Source of the DNA: Thecamonas trahens ATCC 50062
Lineage: Eukaryota > Protista > Apusomonadida
Direction of reading: 5' to 3'
Assembly: GCF_000142905.1 (NCBI RefSeq)
Contig: NW_013657633.1
Coordinates: forward strand, 191,855 to 255,854
Length of the DNA stretch: 64,000 bases
Of the stretch, positions 21,808 through 32,930 are shown piece by piece. The translations under genes were made by a program, and so were the position numbers. The notes below the pieces were generated by a model. That model was given only the letters and a program-made list of their open reading frames with translations, was not told the DNA's origin and did not search any database. The first letter of the stretch is position 1. The number at the start of each line of letters is the position of its first letter.

Positions 21808-24800
21808 ATGCCCGCCCTCCTCTCCTCTCCCCCTCCTTCCCCCGCTCCACCGCCCTACTCCCTCGACACAGCCTCCCTCCACCTCCCGCACCCTCCTCCA
21901 CACACCCCGCTCACGCTCTCGCTCACCACCCCCGACTCATCGCCGGCTTCCCTCCCTCTCTATGTTTGGATCGATTCAGCCGACTCCTCGACTCCGCTGC
22001 CGGCGCCGTCGCCTGTTCCAGCGCCAGCACCCGACGGCGTCATCCGTCTCGCCCTTCCGCCCCTCCCGCCGCGGGCCGCATGTACTCTCCATGCACGCCT
22101 TGGCTCGGTCTTTGGCCCGCGGCTGCCGGGCACTCCGCTCGCCTTTACCGTCGCCGCCGAGCCCAATGCCAGCTCGTCTCCGCCATCGTCGCCGTTGCCG
22201 TCGTCGCCGCCCGCGATCCCGGCCTGGGATGCATCCCCGGACACTCTGCACGCCCGTCACAAGGCCCGTCGCGCCCGCATGCGCGCCGCCGTCGCCGCGG
22301 ATGCCTCCGTATCCGCGCGCGCCGCCCGCCTCGCCTGCTCCCGCACAAACTACGACAGCAAGGCTGCAGCGCTTGAGTGGCTTGCCGCCCGTGCCGCAGC
22401 CCCGCCCTCGCTTCCACCGCTCCCAGCTGCCGTCTCGGTCACCATCGTCGCCGACGGCCACTCGGCCGCCCTCCCGCTCGCCGTCATCCACGACATCGAC
22501 CCGGCAGCGTCTCTTGCAGACATCCGCGCCGCCGCCCTCACCGCAAACCCGCTTCTTGCCTCGGCGGTCTTTGTCAACCGCTCCGTCGCCCGCTCTGCTG
22601 CTATTGTTCCGCTCGCCTCCGAGCCTGGAACCCCCGCCGCCTCGCTCTTCCCGGTCTGGCGCTGCTACCGCTACCATGCCGCAGCCGCGACTGCTTCGCC
22701 ATCGCGCCGCTCACCAGCTGAGCGCTGTTGGGGTCCTGCACATCTACTGCATCACTCAACTTGCCCGCGCGCAGCCCCGCTTCCACCTTCCGACGACATG
22801 GTCTGGGATCCGGACGCCTCGCCCTGTCGCGTTGCTGCCGTGGTTGTCACCTTTCCTCAAGACACCCCGCCTCATGCCGGCCACCTCCTTGCTGATGCCG
22901 TCCGCCTCGTTGACGTCGACGCTGCCGCCGCGCTCATCGCTCGGCTCTCGCCCGCTGAGCTTGCTGCCGCTCTCTCCTGGCGCGACATTGCCGGCCTCAC
23001 CCCGCTCCACGTCGCCCTCACCCCACGTTCTATGACCGAGGCCGCCCGCGCAATGGCCCACGCGTCACCGGCCCGTCCCGCGCCTCGCGCACACCTCTCG
23101 TTTTCGTCGTCATCGTCGTCCGGTGATGACGAGCTCCTCGAGCTCCTCGACGCCGACAGCCCGTCGCCAAGCGACACAGCATCACTGCCCGGCGCCTCGG
23201 CCTCGGGTCCGAGCCCCCTCGTCGACGTCGTCGCCCTCGTCGAGCGCATGGCCGCCCTCGTCACGGTCCTTCTCGATGCCCTCGCATCGCTCCCGCCCCT
23301 CCTCGCTACTGCCGTTCTCGCCACCAAGGATGCATCGGGCCGGACTCCGCTGCACATGGCTGCCGTCGCAGGCCATCCTGCTGTTCTTGCTGCCTTTGGC
23401 ATTGCTGTGAACTCGCCCTCGCCACTCGCACCTCTCCTACCCGTCGCGCTTGCCGCCACAGATGCTACCGGAGCCAACCCACTCCATGCCGCCCTCTACG
23501 CCGGTTACTCTGACCTCTATCCGAGCCTCCTCGCTGCAGCCGGACCTCAAACAGCCAGATCGATTGCTCTTGCCGAAGACATCCACGGCCACTCTCCACG
23601 CTCGCTCTTTGCAGCTGCCGTTGGCGACCTGGTCGCCGCCGCAGGCACCGGCGACGACGCCCTCCTCGCCCAGCTCCTTGCCACAGAACAGCTGGTCGGC
23701 GAAGTTGACACCTCCATCGCAGCCCGCGACGCGCTCGAGCGCACTGCCCTTCACGCTGCTGCTCTCTCCGGCTCTACTGCCTGTGTCAAGGCTCTCCTAG
23801 CAGCTGGCGCAGCACCAGACACCTGCGACTGGCGCCACGACACCCCGCTTCATCTTGCCGCAGGCCAAGGCCACGAAGACGTCATCGCTCTCCTCCTGAA
23901 TGCCCCAGCCGGAGCAGACATCGCTTCTCTGCCCAACGCCGCCGGCCGCACCCCGCTCCACGAGGCCGTCTATGCGAATCACGTTCACGTCATTGACCTT
24001 CTTGCCTCTGCCTCTCCCGCGGCTCTCGCCGTCTTCGACAACATCGAGCACGCTCCGCTCCACGCCGCCTGTGCCGCCGGCTCCCTCGACCTTGTCTCTG
24101 CACTCGTCGAGTCTGGCCATGCAGACATCAACGCCCGCGCGCCGCTGTCCTCATCACCGCCCTTGTCACCGCACCGCCCAAAGATGCCTGCCCGCCTCCG
24201 CAAGCACCTCGCGAGCTATGCACCACCGTTGCCGTCACGCTGCCCGGCTCCGTCTTCTGGCCCATCGCCGCTTGCTGTCGCTGTCGCCGCGGGCCACGGC
24301 GTCGTTGTCAAATACCTCCTCGAGCACCGCGCTCACATCCGTGTCCGCGACGCCCACGGCTGCTCGCTCTTTCAGCTCGCCTGCCGCAGAGGCCACCTCC
24401 GCATTGCTTCGCTTCTTGCCTTCCACACTGCAGACCCTCACGTTTTGGTGGCCACCTCGACCTCCTCGGCCCGCCTTTCGGCCTCGTCGCGGTCCCTTGG
24501 CCTTCACTCGGCCTCTCCGTTCCGCTCCGACTCGCTCCATGCCTCTTGGTCGCCCGGCTCTGACCAGTCCTCGCTCCGCGCTCAGCTCCGCGACGTCAAC
24601 GCCGCGCGCGCCGCAAACTCCGCAAACTCGGCTACCCCGCTGCAAGTCTCTGCACAGGTCCACGCCCTCGATCGTTCCACCCCAAGCAAGGTCTGTCCCA
24701 CCTCGCGTGCCGCCCTCGCCATCCTTCTTCCCGCGCGCGACATCCCCATTTGGGCTAGCTTTCTTCACGCCGAGCTCGCTGCTGGCAACCTCCCACTCTT

Positions 24801-27800
24801 TTCGCTTCTCTTCTCTGTCGGCTACACCCTTGCCCAATCCGATCTTGCTGTTGCCGCCGCAGCCGGTCACCGCTCACTCGTTGCCCTCTGCATTCGTGCT
24901 GCGCACAACTCGCTCACCCCCGCCGCACTCGATGACGCCCTCATCGCAGCCGCAGCTGCCGGACATGTTGACGTCCTCGACGAGCTCATTGACGCCCCGC
25001 TCTTTGCTGCCGTCGCCGACTCGACGCCGGCCCTCCGCGCAGCGCTACGCGCATCCCGTCCTGACGCCGCTTCCCGCCTCTTGACTGCAGGCGTCCCCGC
25101 TGTCTACGACAAAGACGTTGCTGACCATCCGCTTGTCCTTGCTATCACACATGGCGAACTCGCGCTCGCCAGCCTCGTTCTCAACCATCCCAGCCTCGTT
25201 CTTGACGCGCCCGCTGCGGCAACCGCAATCGTCTATGCCTGCGCCCGGGCCATGGACGATCTCGTTGTCGCCCTCGCCAACGGTGGCGTCTCGCTTCAGG
25301 CCCGCCTCCCTCTCCCGACATCCGTCTCTCTCCTTGCCTCGGCCTCTCAGTTTGTTGGCGATGAGGCTCCCGTCGGTATTGTTCCCATCCTCGTCGCCCG
25401 CAGACGGTATGATGTCTTTACCGCCCTCGCCTCGGCCTTTCCGTCCCAGCTCACTCCAGACTTTGTTGTCTCCAGCCTCGATATCTCCGCTCTTATCCAC
25501 CACGAGGCACTTCCGTTTCTCGCATGGCTCCTTGCTCGCTCCAACCCCAGCACGCTTGCCCTCCCCAACGATCCGTCGTTTGCCGTCTACGCCACTCCCA
25601 ACGCCACTCTTCCTGCCGAGCCCCATGTTGATCGCCATTCGGCTGAGTCGCTCGTTGCTCCCGTCGCCGCAGCTTGCATCGCTCCTGGCACCATCACTCC
25701 TGTTGTGCCCGTCGCCCTTGCAGTTCTCGACCTCGGCTCCACCCCCTGTCTCGGCTACACCGCCTCCCGCAAGGAAGCACGCAACGCCATCCGTGCTCTT
25801 CTCCGCCTATCCACCGACATCGCTCTCGCCGTCCTCGGCACTGCCACTTGGCTCCACGCCGCGCTCCTCGTCGGCGACGTCGACTCGGCAAGCCTCCTCA
25901 TCGACCTCGGCCTCGCACCCTTGGACTCGAGCGTCTTGCTCATCATCGCTGCAACAGCCGCTCCAGACCGAGCCTGCCTTGACCTGCTCGACCGCCGCGG
26001 CCTCCATCGACTCGAGCTCTCACCCGACCCGGACGAGCTCAATACCTTTGTCCATGCCACCGAACACGCTATTGTTCTCGCTGCTCATCACGGCAACACT
26101 GACGGCCTCCGTCGCGCCCTCGATATCTACTCGAGCCTCTGGTCCTTTGAGCACATTGGCGCCACCAGGTTCTCCGCCGGCGCCCTCCGAGCTGCCTTTT
26201 CCTCCGTCTTTGCTGCCGCGCCATCACTCAGCAGCGACCGCCAGCGCCGGGCTGGCGACGACGACGCCGTCCTTGCCTGCTGCGACATCATCATCTCCTA
26301 TGCTGTGCAGGAGCTCCACGCCGACTTTGCGCCCGCAGCCTCAGTCACTGCCTTTTCTTTGCCGCACCTGTGGTCCTTCTCTCCACTCGCCGTCCTCCTC
26401 TGCTCCGCCCAGCCGCAGCCGCTCGCCTTTGCCCGCATTCGGTCGCCGCGGGCCGAAGACCTGGCCTGCCGCCTCTGGGCTCACACTCAGCCGCAGGACT
26501 TCTCGCAGGCTGCCTATCTTGCGCTGAGCGACGTCATCGCCCTTGCCGCCAGCGCAGGCTGGCACGTTCTCCTCAAGCTCGTCATTGTCGACACCCAGTG
26601 GTCGTCGCAAATCCTCACCCTCGGCGCGAGCAGCCCGATCCTGCCGCGCCCTCAGCGCCGAGCCTTGGACCTCGCACTCGGCCGCGAAGCCCTGGCTGTT
26701 GTCGCGGACTTGGCACCGTGGATAGAAGTCAACTTCGTGGACAACGTCGAGACACTCACCGAGGCCGCCATCGTCATCCGCCCCGTTCCTGGCTTTAAGC
26801 CGCCCATGATCCACGACCGTATCTATGTCGTCGAGCAGCTTTCAAGAGTTTTGCCGGCCTCTATCGTTCTTGACGACGACGACGACGACGACGACGACGA
26901 TGATGACAACGAAGAAATTGAGGTCGCCAGGCTTGCCCTTGGAAATACCATGCACACACTCGGCGTTTGGGGTCTCGCAAAGGCTCATCGCAAGTGCTCG
27001 GCCCTTCTTGAGCACATGCTCGCCAACGGCCAAGTCCGCGGTTCGGCGTGCTCGATTGCGCTGCATCCGCTTGTTGTTGGCGGCCGCCTCCCGCTCGTTG
27101 TCCAGATGCTCGCCGCCGGCGTTCCGGGCGGGCCCAATCTTCGCGACGCTCTCAACTCGTTTACTCGTGACGAACCCGGCATGGTGGGCATGCGCCAAAA
27201 GCTGGTCCGGCTGCTCTCGCTCATCGGCGGCTGGTCGGGCACTGTCTCGCAAGCCGCACTTCCGCTCATTGCTCGTCGAGCGCCCCTTGCCCCCATCGCC
27301 GCCCTCGGCATTGCCACCCTCGCTGACCTCGAGCCTGCTGCAGGATCGCAAGTCGTTGCTGGCTGGTCCATGCTCCACCAACTCGCAATCGAAGGCAACG
27401 ACCGCATGCTACAGATGGTTGTTGACGCTCTTGGCCGCGAGCGCGCCCAAACCGAGGCCTGTGCCACTGCCTCCAACGGGCTAACCCCGCTTGCCGCCGC
27501 CATGCTTGGCGGTCATCCGGCCTCTGCCCTTGTCCTGGAGCCGCACTGCTCTGACCTGCATCTCCTGGGCGAGGCGGCCGCCACTGGCCTTGCGACCTCC
27601 ATCGCGCCTGACATGATCGCCGTTGTTTCCCGGATGCTTGCCCGCACTGGACCAGCCGGCCTCGCATGCGCGGCTTCCCCGCTCGCAGGCGTCTTGCTCT
27701 TTGGCGAAGACGATGCGACCGCAGACCTCGCCGAGCACGTGATTAAGCCGACTTTGGTCCACATTGCTGCAGCCCTCGCTCAGACTGGCATCCTCGCACC

Positions 27801-30111
27801 TGCACTGGCAGTCTCAGCACCCGAACTTTGGCTTCCGGCCTCCACCTCGGATGGTCGCACCGTGTATCCCATCGAATGGTCCCTGGTCTATGGGCAGTCG
27901 CTCCCGGCTGCATCGGCAGCCGGCAATGCCGCCGGCCGAACCGCCGAGGCCATGGCCGTTGCTCTCCTTGATGCCGACGTTGCCCACACACTCTCTGCGG
28001 CTCACTCGGAGCCATCACGCGTTGTTCCGCTCGTGGCACGCGCCGCAGCGCGCGGGTACTGGACCCTGCTCGAGCGTCTGGTCGGCGCAGGCGCCCTTCT
28101 CGATGACTCAGCAGTCGTCCCAAGCAACGAGCAGTGGAGCTACGCCGACCGGGCGCAGAGCCTCTGGCACATCCTCCACTTTGCTGCTGCCGCTGGCCAC
28201 GATGACGCGGTGCGATTTCTTCTTGACGCCGGCGCCTCCCCGTTTGTCACCGATGCCTCCGACCACATGCCGCTGTACTACGCCTCGGTCCGCGGCAAGC
28301 ACGGCGCAGTCCGACTGCTGCTGCAGGCTGTCCTGGGTCAGCTCTCGCCTTCCGGCGACGCCGAGCCGTCGAGCCAGAGCCTCGACATGGCGTACGATGC
28401 CCTGATCGAGGTGTGTGAAGGCGGTGGTTACTACGCGGTTGTCGAAGTCGCTGCCGGCGTCTGGCCCGGCGCCTACGACGCGCTCCGCCAAGTCCCCCGT
28501 TGGTGGCAGCCGGTCATCGAAGGTGCCGTTCGTGCGGGCTCGGTTCGCGCTCTCACCGTTCTCCTTGATGCCCTCGACGACGCCGACGTAGCCTGGGCGA
28601 GCTACACCTCGCCAGGCTCGGGCTCGCCACTTTTGTACCAAGCTGCCAGCCGCGGGCGGCTCGGCGCGTGCATGGTCCTCATCAAGCGCGGCGCTGACCT
28701 TGCCCTCGGTTTCACCACAGCCCATGGTGAGACTGTCCTCCACTGGATGTACGCTCACGGCATGGTTCTGGCGCTGGCAGCCATCGAGCACGCTGTGTCC
28801 GGCGATCCTGACCTGCGTGCTGCGCTCGACAAAGCCCGGTCAGGTCCCGCTGCCGAGAGTCTGCGGGTTTACGCAGCAGGAATGGGTCATGCAAGCCTTG
28901 TCGGCGGCATCCGGGACGACGCTGAGCTACAGGGCTGGTTCTCGCGGCAAATGGCCGCCAACGCGGTCACGATTGCCACTGGCCACGCGGAGGACAGTAG
29001 TGCAAAAGCCTCTGCAGTTGCTCCTGCTGCCTCCATGGGCTCGCTCGTCGCCGCAGCACGAAGTGGCGCCTTGGCTGTTGTCGAGGCCCGGCTGGCCGCC
29101 GGCGATCTCGCAAACGGCACTAGTCGCAGTGAGAGCCCGCTCATTGCTGCATCTCGGATGGGTCATACCAAAGTTGTCGCTGCCCTCCTCCGCGCCGGCG
29201 CCGCAGTCGACCGGAGCTGCATGTGCCTTCCGAGCACCGCGCTCCTTGCAGCGCTCGACGGGCGCCACGAGGACACAGCCGCAGTCCTGCTAGAGGCCGG
29301 CGCGTCGCCGCGGCGCGCCGATGCAGAGACCGGAAATACCCCGCTGCATGTGGCGGCAACTCACGGTCTCTATGACAGCGTGATGCGGCTGTTCATGCTC
29401 GGCGCCCCGCTTGACGCCCGCAACAAGCTCGGCAAGTCGCCGATGTATTATGCGGTCGCCATGGGCCACGCGCCAGTCGTCCAGCTCCTACGTGAAGAGG
29501 GTGTCGAGCTCGGTGACGACGAGGACGCAGTTGTCCAGCCGAGAATGGCCGGTCTGGCGTCACATGCGGCTGCCCTCGACGTCGATGGCTCTGCTGCCGC
29601 CTCACGCCTCACGGCAGCCGACGTCCGCCACGTCGTCGACCTCGAGCGCCGTGCCGCCTCGCCTGCTCACGCTCCGAGTGCGACAACTCACTCCACGCGC
29701 TTGGCTGCCATTTCAGATATTGACGCCGCCCTCGACCAGATCGAAGCAACCGGCGTCGGCGGCGTGGCAGTCGCCGTCGACCGAGCCTCTTTCTACGCCG
29801 CCCTTCCTTCGCTCAGCGAGCGACAGCGCGCAGTCACGCTTCTCCCGACCTCGCTCGTCCTCGGGCGCATTGGCCAGGCCTGGGAACGGCTTGGCCCGGA
29901 CGCGCCCGCTCTGCGTGTCGAGCTCTCATTTGCGGCGCGGATCGGCGAGATTGGCGCCACTGCTGCCCTCGACAGTGATGGCGGGCTGATCGTCGTGGCT
30001 GACCGGGTCTGCATCCGGCCAGACTCGGTCGAGGCTGCATCTGACAATGCAATTGCTGCGGCCATCCGCCGCGTCATTGCGCACCCTGCCGACTCGGCGG
30101 ACAGCAAATGA
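21808..30111 (+). CDS. Giant ankyrin-repeat protein (about 2770 aa)
   Basis: Many ankyrin motifs (GRTPLHMAA, DTPLHLAAGQGHEDVIALLL, GRTPLHEAV, GNTPLHVAA) in an uninterrupted 8.3-kb ORF. Start uncertain. Confidence 0.9.
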   Translation: MPALLSSPPPSPAPPPYSLDTASLHLPHPPPHTPLTLSLTTPDSSPASLPLYVWIDSADSSTPLPAPSPVPAPAPDGVIRLALPPLPPRAACTLHARLGSVFGPRLPGTPLAFTVAAEPNASSSPPSSPLPSSPPAIPAWDASPDTLHARHKARRARMRAAVAADASVSARAARLACSRTNYDSKAAALEWLAARAAAPPSLPPLPAAVSVTIVADGHSAALPLAVIHDIDPAASLADIRAAALTANPLLASAVFVNRSVARSAAIVPLASEPGTPAASLFPVWRCYRYHAAAATASPSRRSPAERCWGPAHLLHHSTCPRAAPLPPSDDMVWDPDASPCRVAAVVVTFPQDTPPHAGHLLADAVRLVDVDAAAALIARLSPAELAAALSWRDIAGLTPLHVALTPRSMTEAARAMAHASPARPAPRAHLSFSSSSSSGDDELLELLDADSPSPSDTASLPGASASGPSPLVDVVALVERMAALVTVLLDALASLPPLLATAVLATKDASGRTPLHMAAVAGHPAVLAAFGIAVNSPSPLAPLLPVALAATDATGANPLHAALYAGYSDLYPSLLAAAGPQTARSIALAEDIHGHSPRSLFAAAVGDLVAAAGTGDDALLAQLLATEQLVGEVDTSIAARDALERTALHAAALSGSTACVKALLAAGAAPDTCDWRHDTPLHLAAGQGHEDVIALLLNAPAGADIASLPNAAGRTPLHEAVYANHVHVIDLLASASPAALAVFDNIEHAPLHAACAAGSLDLVSALVESGHADINARAPLSSSPPLSPHRPKMPARLRKHLASYAPPLPSRCPAPSSGPSPLAVAVAAGHGVVVKYLLEHRAHIRVRDAHGCSLFQLACRRGHLRIASLLAFHTADPHVLVATSTSSARLSASSRSLGLHSASPFRSDSLHASWSPGSDQSSLRAQLRDVNAARAANSANSATPLQVSAQVHALDRSTPSKVCPTSRAALAILLPARDIPIWASFLHAELAAGNLPLFSLLFSVGYTLAQSDLAVAAAAGHRSLVALCIRAAHNSLTPAALDDALIAAAAAGHVDVLDELIDAPLFAAVADSTPALRAALRASRPDAASRLLTAGVPAVYDKDVADHPLVLAITHGELALASLVLNHPSLVLDAPAAATAIVYACARAMDDLVVALANGGVSLQARLPLPTSVSLLASASQFVGDEAPVGIVPILVARRRYDVFTALASAFPSQLTPDFVVSSLDISALIHHEALPFLAWLLARSNPSTLALPNDPSFAVYATPNATLPAEPHVDRHSAESLVAPVAAACIAPGTITPVVPVALAVLDLGSTPCLGYTASRKEARNAIRALLRLSTDIALAVLGTATWLHAALLVGDVDSASLLIDLGLAPLDSSVLLIIAATAAPDRACLDLLDRRGLHRLELSPDPDELNTFVHATEHAIVLAAHHGNTDGLRRALDIYSSLWSFEHIGATRFSAGALRAAFSSVFAAAPSLSSDRQRRAGDDDAVLACCDIIISYAVQELHADFAPAASVTAFSLPHLWSFSPLAVLLCSAQPQPLAFARIRSPRAEDLACRLWAHTQPQDFSQAAYLALSDVIALAASAGWHVLLKLVIVDTQWSSQILTLGASSPILPRPQRRALDLALGREALAVVADLAPWIEVNFVDNVETLTEAAIVIRPVPGFKPPMIHDRIYVVEQLSRVLPASIVLDDDDDDDDDDDDNEEIEVARLALGNTMHTLGVWGLAKAHRKCSALLEHMLANGQVRGSACSIALHPLVVGGRLPLVVQMLAAGVPGGPNLRDALNSFTRDEPGMVGMRQKLVRLLSLIGGWSGTVSQAALPLIARRAPLAPIAALGIATLADLEPAAGSQVVAGWSMLHQLAIEGNDRMLQMVVDALGRERAQTEACATASNGLTPLAAAMLGGHPASALVLEPHCSDLHLLGEAAATGLATSIAPDMIAVVSRMLARTGPAGLACAASPLAGVLLFGEDDATADLAEHVIKPTLVHIAAALAQTGILAPALAVSAPELWLPASTSDGRTVYPIEWSLVYGQSLPAASAAGNAAGRTAEAMAVALLDADVAHTLSAAHSEPSRVVPLVARAAARGYWTLLERLVGAGALLDDSAVVPSNEQWSYADRAQSLWHILHFAAAAGHDDAVRFLLDAGASPFVTDASDHMPLYYASVRGKHGAVRLLLQAVLGQLSPSGDAEPSSQSLDMAYDALIEVCEGGGYYAVVEVAAGVWPGAYDALRQVPRWWQPVIEGAVRAGSVRALTVLLDALDDADVAWASYTSPGSGSPLLYQAASRGRLGACMVLIKRGADLALGFTTAHGETVLHWMYAHGMVLALAAIEHAVSGDPDLRAALDKARSGPAAESLRVYAAGMGHASLVGGIRDDAELQGWFSRQMAANAVTIATGHAEDSSAKASAVAPAASMGSLVAAARSGALAVVEARLAAGDLANGTSRSESPLIAASRMGHTKVVAALLRAGAAVDRSCMCLPSTALLAALDGRHEDTAAVLLEAGASPRRADAETGNTPLHVAATHGLYDSVMRLFMLGAPLDARNKLGKSPMYYAVAMGHAPVVQLLREEGVELGDDEDAVVQPRMAGLASHAAALDVDGSAAASRLTAADVRHVVDLERRAASPAHAPSATTHSTRLAAISDIDAALDQIEATGVGGVAVAVDRASFYAALPSLSERQRAVTLLPTSLVLGRIGQAWERLGPDAPALRVELSFAARIGEIGATAALDSDGGLIVVADRVCIRPDSVEAASDNAIAAAIRRVIAHPADSADSK

Positions 30112-30223
30112 ACCGTCCCACGTTGTGCCGTGGCAGAGTTGTGGTGCGGTTCTTGCGCCTGCGTTGATCGCCCGTTCTCCACTTTGGCTGTCGTCGCATG
30201 AGTGACCACCCAACCCCACCGCC

Positions 30224-31572
30224 ATGCCCCCCCCGCCCCTCACCACCGCCACCCCCACATCTACCGCATCATGGCTCTTCTGCACCAGATGTTGCACTCC
30301 GCTCGACAGTAGCGATGCCGTACGTCTTGTCCACATCTTCCACTGTCGCCCGAAAACGCAACCTGATCGCGATCACCGCCGATCGCTGCCGTCATCGCCG
30401 CTGCCCCCCCCCCCCCCCCAGTCCATCACACACAACCCACAACCTGCATCCCCTCTATCCCTTCCATCCCCCCCCCCCCCCCCCCCCATTGTCCCTACCA
30501 ATCGGTNNNNNNNNNNNNNNNNNNNNNNNNNNNNNNNNNNNNNNNNNNNNNNNNNNNNNNNNNNNNNNNNNNNNNNNNNNNNNNNNNNNNNNNNNNNNNN
30601 NNNNNNNNNNNNNNNNNNNNNNNNNNNNNNNNNNNNNNNNNNNNNNNNNNNNNNNNNNNNNNNNNNNNNNNNNNNNNNNNNNNNNNNNNNNNNNNNNNNN
30701 NNNNNNNNNNNNNNNNNNNNNNNNNNNNNNNNNCCCCGCCCCCCCCCCCCTCCCCTTTTCACGACCTTTTCCAGTCACCCTTCTTCATCTCCCGGTGCAA
30801 GCACCTGGCATGTGCCGGGTGCATGACCGACGCCGCCACCCGCTCGGCGACCGGCCCATGCCCCGCATGCGGAACGCGTACCGTCTTCTGTCGGCTCTCG
30901 TCGTCTGATCCGCCGGCATCTCGCCCGCCGTCAGTTGCCGAGCTCTTTGCGCCGCCGCTCCCGCTGCTCGAGCAGGCTGTGACCAACTTCAAGTTCCAGC
31001 TTCGGCAGGCTCTCGTCCTTGCCTCGCGCTACGCCGACCACGCCGCCGTCGCGCAGCGGGCGCATCGCGCGGCATCACGTGCCACCTCGCTCATCGACAA
31101 GTACAAAGAGAAGAATGCGGCGCTCGAGGCTGCCGCCCGCACCGCTACCAGCCGCATCGCCGCGCTCGAGGCTGAGCTTGGTGTGCCGGCCTCGCGCGCG
31201 TCGTCGCGTCGTCGTCACCACGAGCCCCAGCAGGAGCGGACCCACCTCCCGTCGCGGGTCTCACACCCTCGCTCGCATCTCCGCGACTTTGACTTTAGTG
31301 GCAGGGCCGGCGGCAGCAGTAGCGGATCGGGCACAGTAGTGGCCGCCGGTCCGTCACCACCCAAACGGCGGCAGCGTCCGCTCCCGGGCCCCATGCCGAT
31401 TGCTGCCGCTTTCCACCAGCATCGCTCGCCGCCACGATCTGTCCAGCGCTCGCGGCAGGCGTTTCCAACCACGCCAGACACGGTGGCGCGGCTACCGCCG
31501 TTTCGGCGGCCGCAGACAACGGCCGCGCTCTCGCGGTACGCCCGGCAGCACCGGCCGTACGTCCGCCGCTGA
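30224..31572 (+). CDS. RNF212: RNF212/Zip3-like RING E3 ligase; exon 1 30224-30319, intron spanning an assembly gap, exon 2 30775-31572
   Basis: Spliced product WLFCTRC...SPFFISRCKHLACAGC...CPAC, then LF..P...KFQ and a coiled coil, then a low-complexity tail; GTACGT donor and CCAG acceptor in phase 0. Confidence 0.7.
30507..30733. other. Assembly gap (N run) flanked by poly-C tracts
   Basis: N bases. Confidence 1.
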
Positions 31573-31592
31573 AGCTTAAACTCCGCCGTCGC

Positions 31593-32864
31593 TCACCGCA
31601 TGCGGTCAAAGTTGACCAGCGAGTACGAAATCCATTGCGGGTTCTTGGACGCGCCCGGGCCGTCGACAAGCCGCACCTTGATAGGATACGGCGATTCGCC
31701 AAAGAACGGAAGCCACTCGCGGATCTTGGCGGTCGGAAATGGACCGTACACCTCTTGCGGCTCCTTGAGAATGGCATATTCCCACATGCACGTCGCTGAC
31801 GGCCCGCTCGCTTCGCTTGCGACCGTTCTGGAGCTGGCCGCGTCCATCGCCGCCACATCGGCCTCGACGTCTTCACGACGCTTGGTAAAGATCGAGTGAT
31901 CGCCCGCCGACTCGAGCAGGTTTGAGGTGAGTTCGGTGATGGCGTCAAAGCTCGAGCGGTCGCCCGCGGCCTTGGTCCGGTTGAGCGCCGCGACCGCCGT
32001 TTCTCCAGGCTGCAGTAGAGCGAGGAGCTCGGATCGCATAGCCCGGACCCCGCCCCGGGTCAGGCTTTCTGCCGGCTCGTTGTCAAATGCTGCAGTCGAT
32101 GAGACGCGTGGGGCGGCAGCAGAGACTGGCACGGCCTCGTCGACCTCGGCCAGCCATCCGTCGCGCCCGCCGAGGCCCTCGACATCGTCCTCGCTGGCGT
32201 CGTCGTCCGCGAGCGCGTGGTAGTTCCCGGCCTCGTCAAAGTAGCCCTCGCGCATCTCGTCGCGGACGTTGAACGGCTCCAGCCGGACGCCGTCCTCGGT
32301 CATCTCAGCCTCAGGCCCATCCTCTTCGGCGGCCCCCAGCTCGCGGCGGACGCGCTCTCTCGCGCGGCGCCGAGCAGCAACTGCAGCGGCGGCGGCGCCG
32401 GATGAACCGTCCTCGCGAATGTCGCCAAAGAGACCATCATCCGAGTCCTCGTCACCGGCGGCGGCGCCATCATCGACCTCGTCGCCGTCATCGTCATCGC
32501 TCCCGCTTCCGCTCGCCGGGCCGGCAGCTGGGCGGGCAGTCGGCACGCCGCGGTCGTCCAAGCCCTCGGCGCGGGCGATCCGCGCCGCCCGCGCCGCCCG
32601 CTGGGCACGGGCCAGCTCCTCAGCCTCGTCAGCAACCATGTAGGCAGCGCGGGCCTGCTCGACCTTGACCGCCGCCTCGGCCGCCGCCGCCGCCGCCGCC
32701 ACCACCGCTCCGTCGTCCTCGTCCAGGCCATGCCCATTGGCGACGGGCTCGGGGCCGCCGCCCTGCCCGCCCGCCACCAGCCCGCGTGCCCGCTTGGCGC
32801 TCGTCCCGTCGTCGTCGTCTGACTCGAGGCCTGCTGCAAGCGGGTTCCCGCGTCGGCGCTTCAT
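31593..32864 (-). CDS. CD2BP2: CD2BP2/Lin1/U5-52K snRNP protein with C-terminal GYF domain
   Basis: DGVRLEPFNVRDEMREGYFDEAGNY; LLALLQPGETAVAALNR; GYF-like MWEYAILKEPQEVYGPFPTAKIREW. Confidence 0.88.
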   Translation of the reverse strand: MKRRRGNPLAAGLESDDDDGTSAKRARGLVAGGQGGGPEPVANGHGLDEDDGAVVAAAAAAAEAAVKVEQARAAYMVADEAEELARAQRAARAARIARAEGLDDRGVPTARPAAGPASGSGSDDDDGDEVDDGAAAGDEDSDDGLFGDIREDGSSGAAAAAVAARRRARERVRRELGAAEEDGPEAEMTEDGVRLEPFNVRDEMREGYFDEAGNYHALADDDASEDDVEGLGGRDGWLAEVDEAVPVSAAAPRVSSTAAFDNEPAESLTRGGVRAMRSELLALLQPGETAVAALNRTKAAGDRSSFDAITELTSNLLESAGDHSIFTKRREDVEADVAAMDAASSRTVASEASGPSATCMWEYAILKEPQEVYGPFPTAKIREWLPFFGESPYPIKVRLVDGPGASKNPQWISYSLVNFDRMR

Positions 32865-32930
32865 CTCCTGCTCTGCCTGGCCTGCTGAGTGGAGTGGAGT
32901 CGTCCAGTCGGCCGCCTCTGCCCGCCGCCC

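Noticed and set aside
331-32864. Functional clustering of splicing factors (Prp18, SMU1, CD2BP2)
   Set aside because: They are interspersed with unrelated genes; chance co-occurrence in a compact genome is a sufficient explanation.
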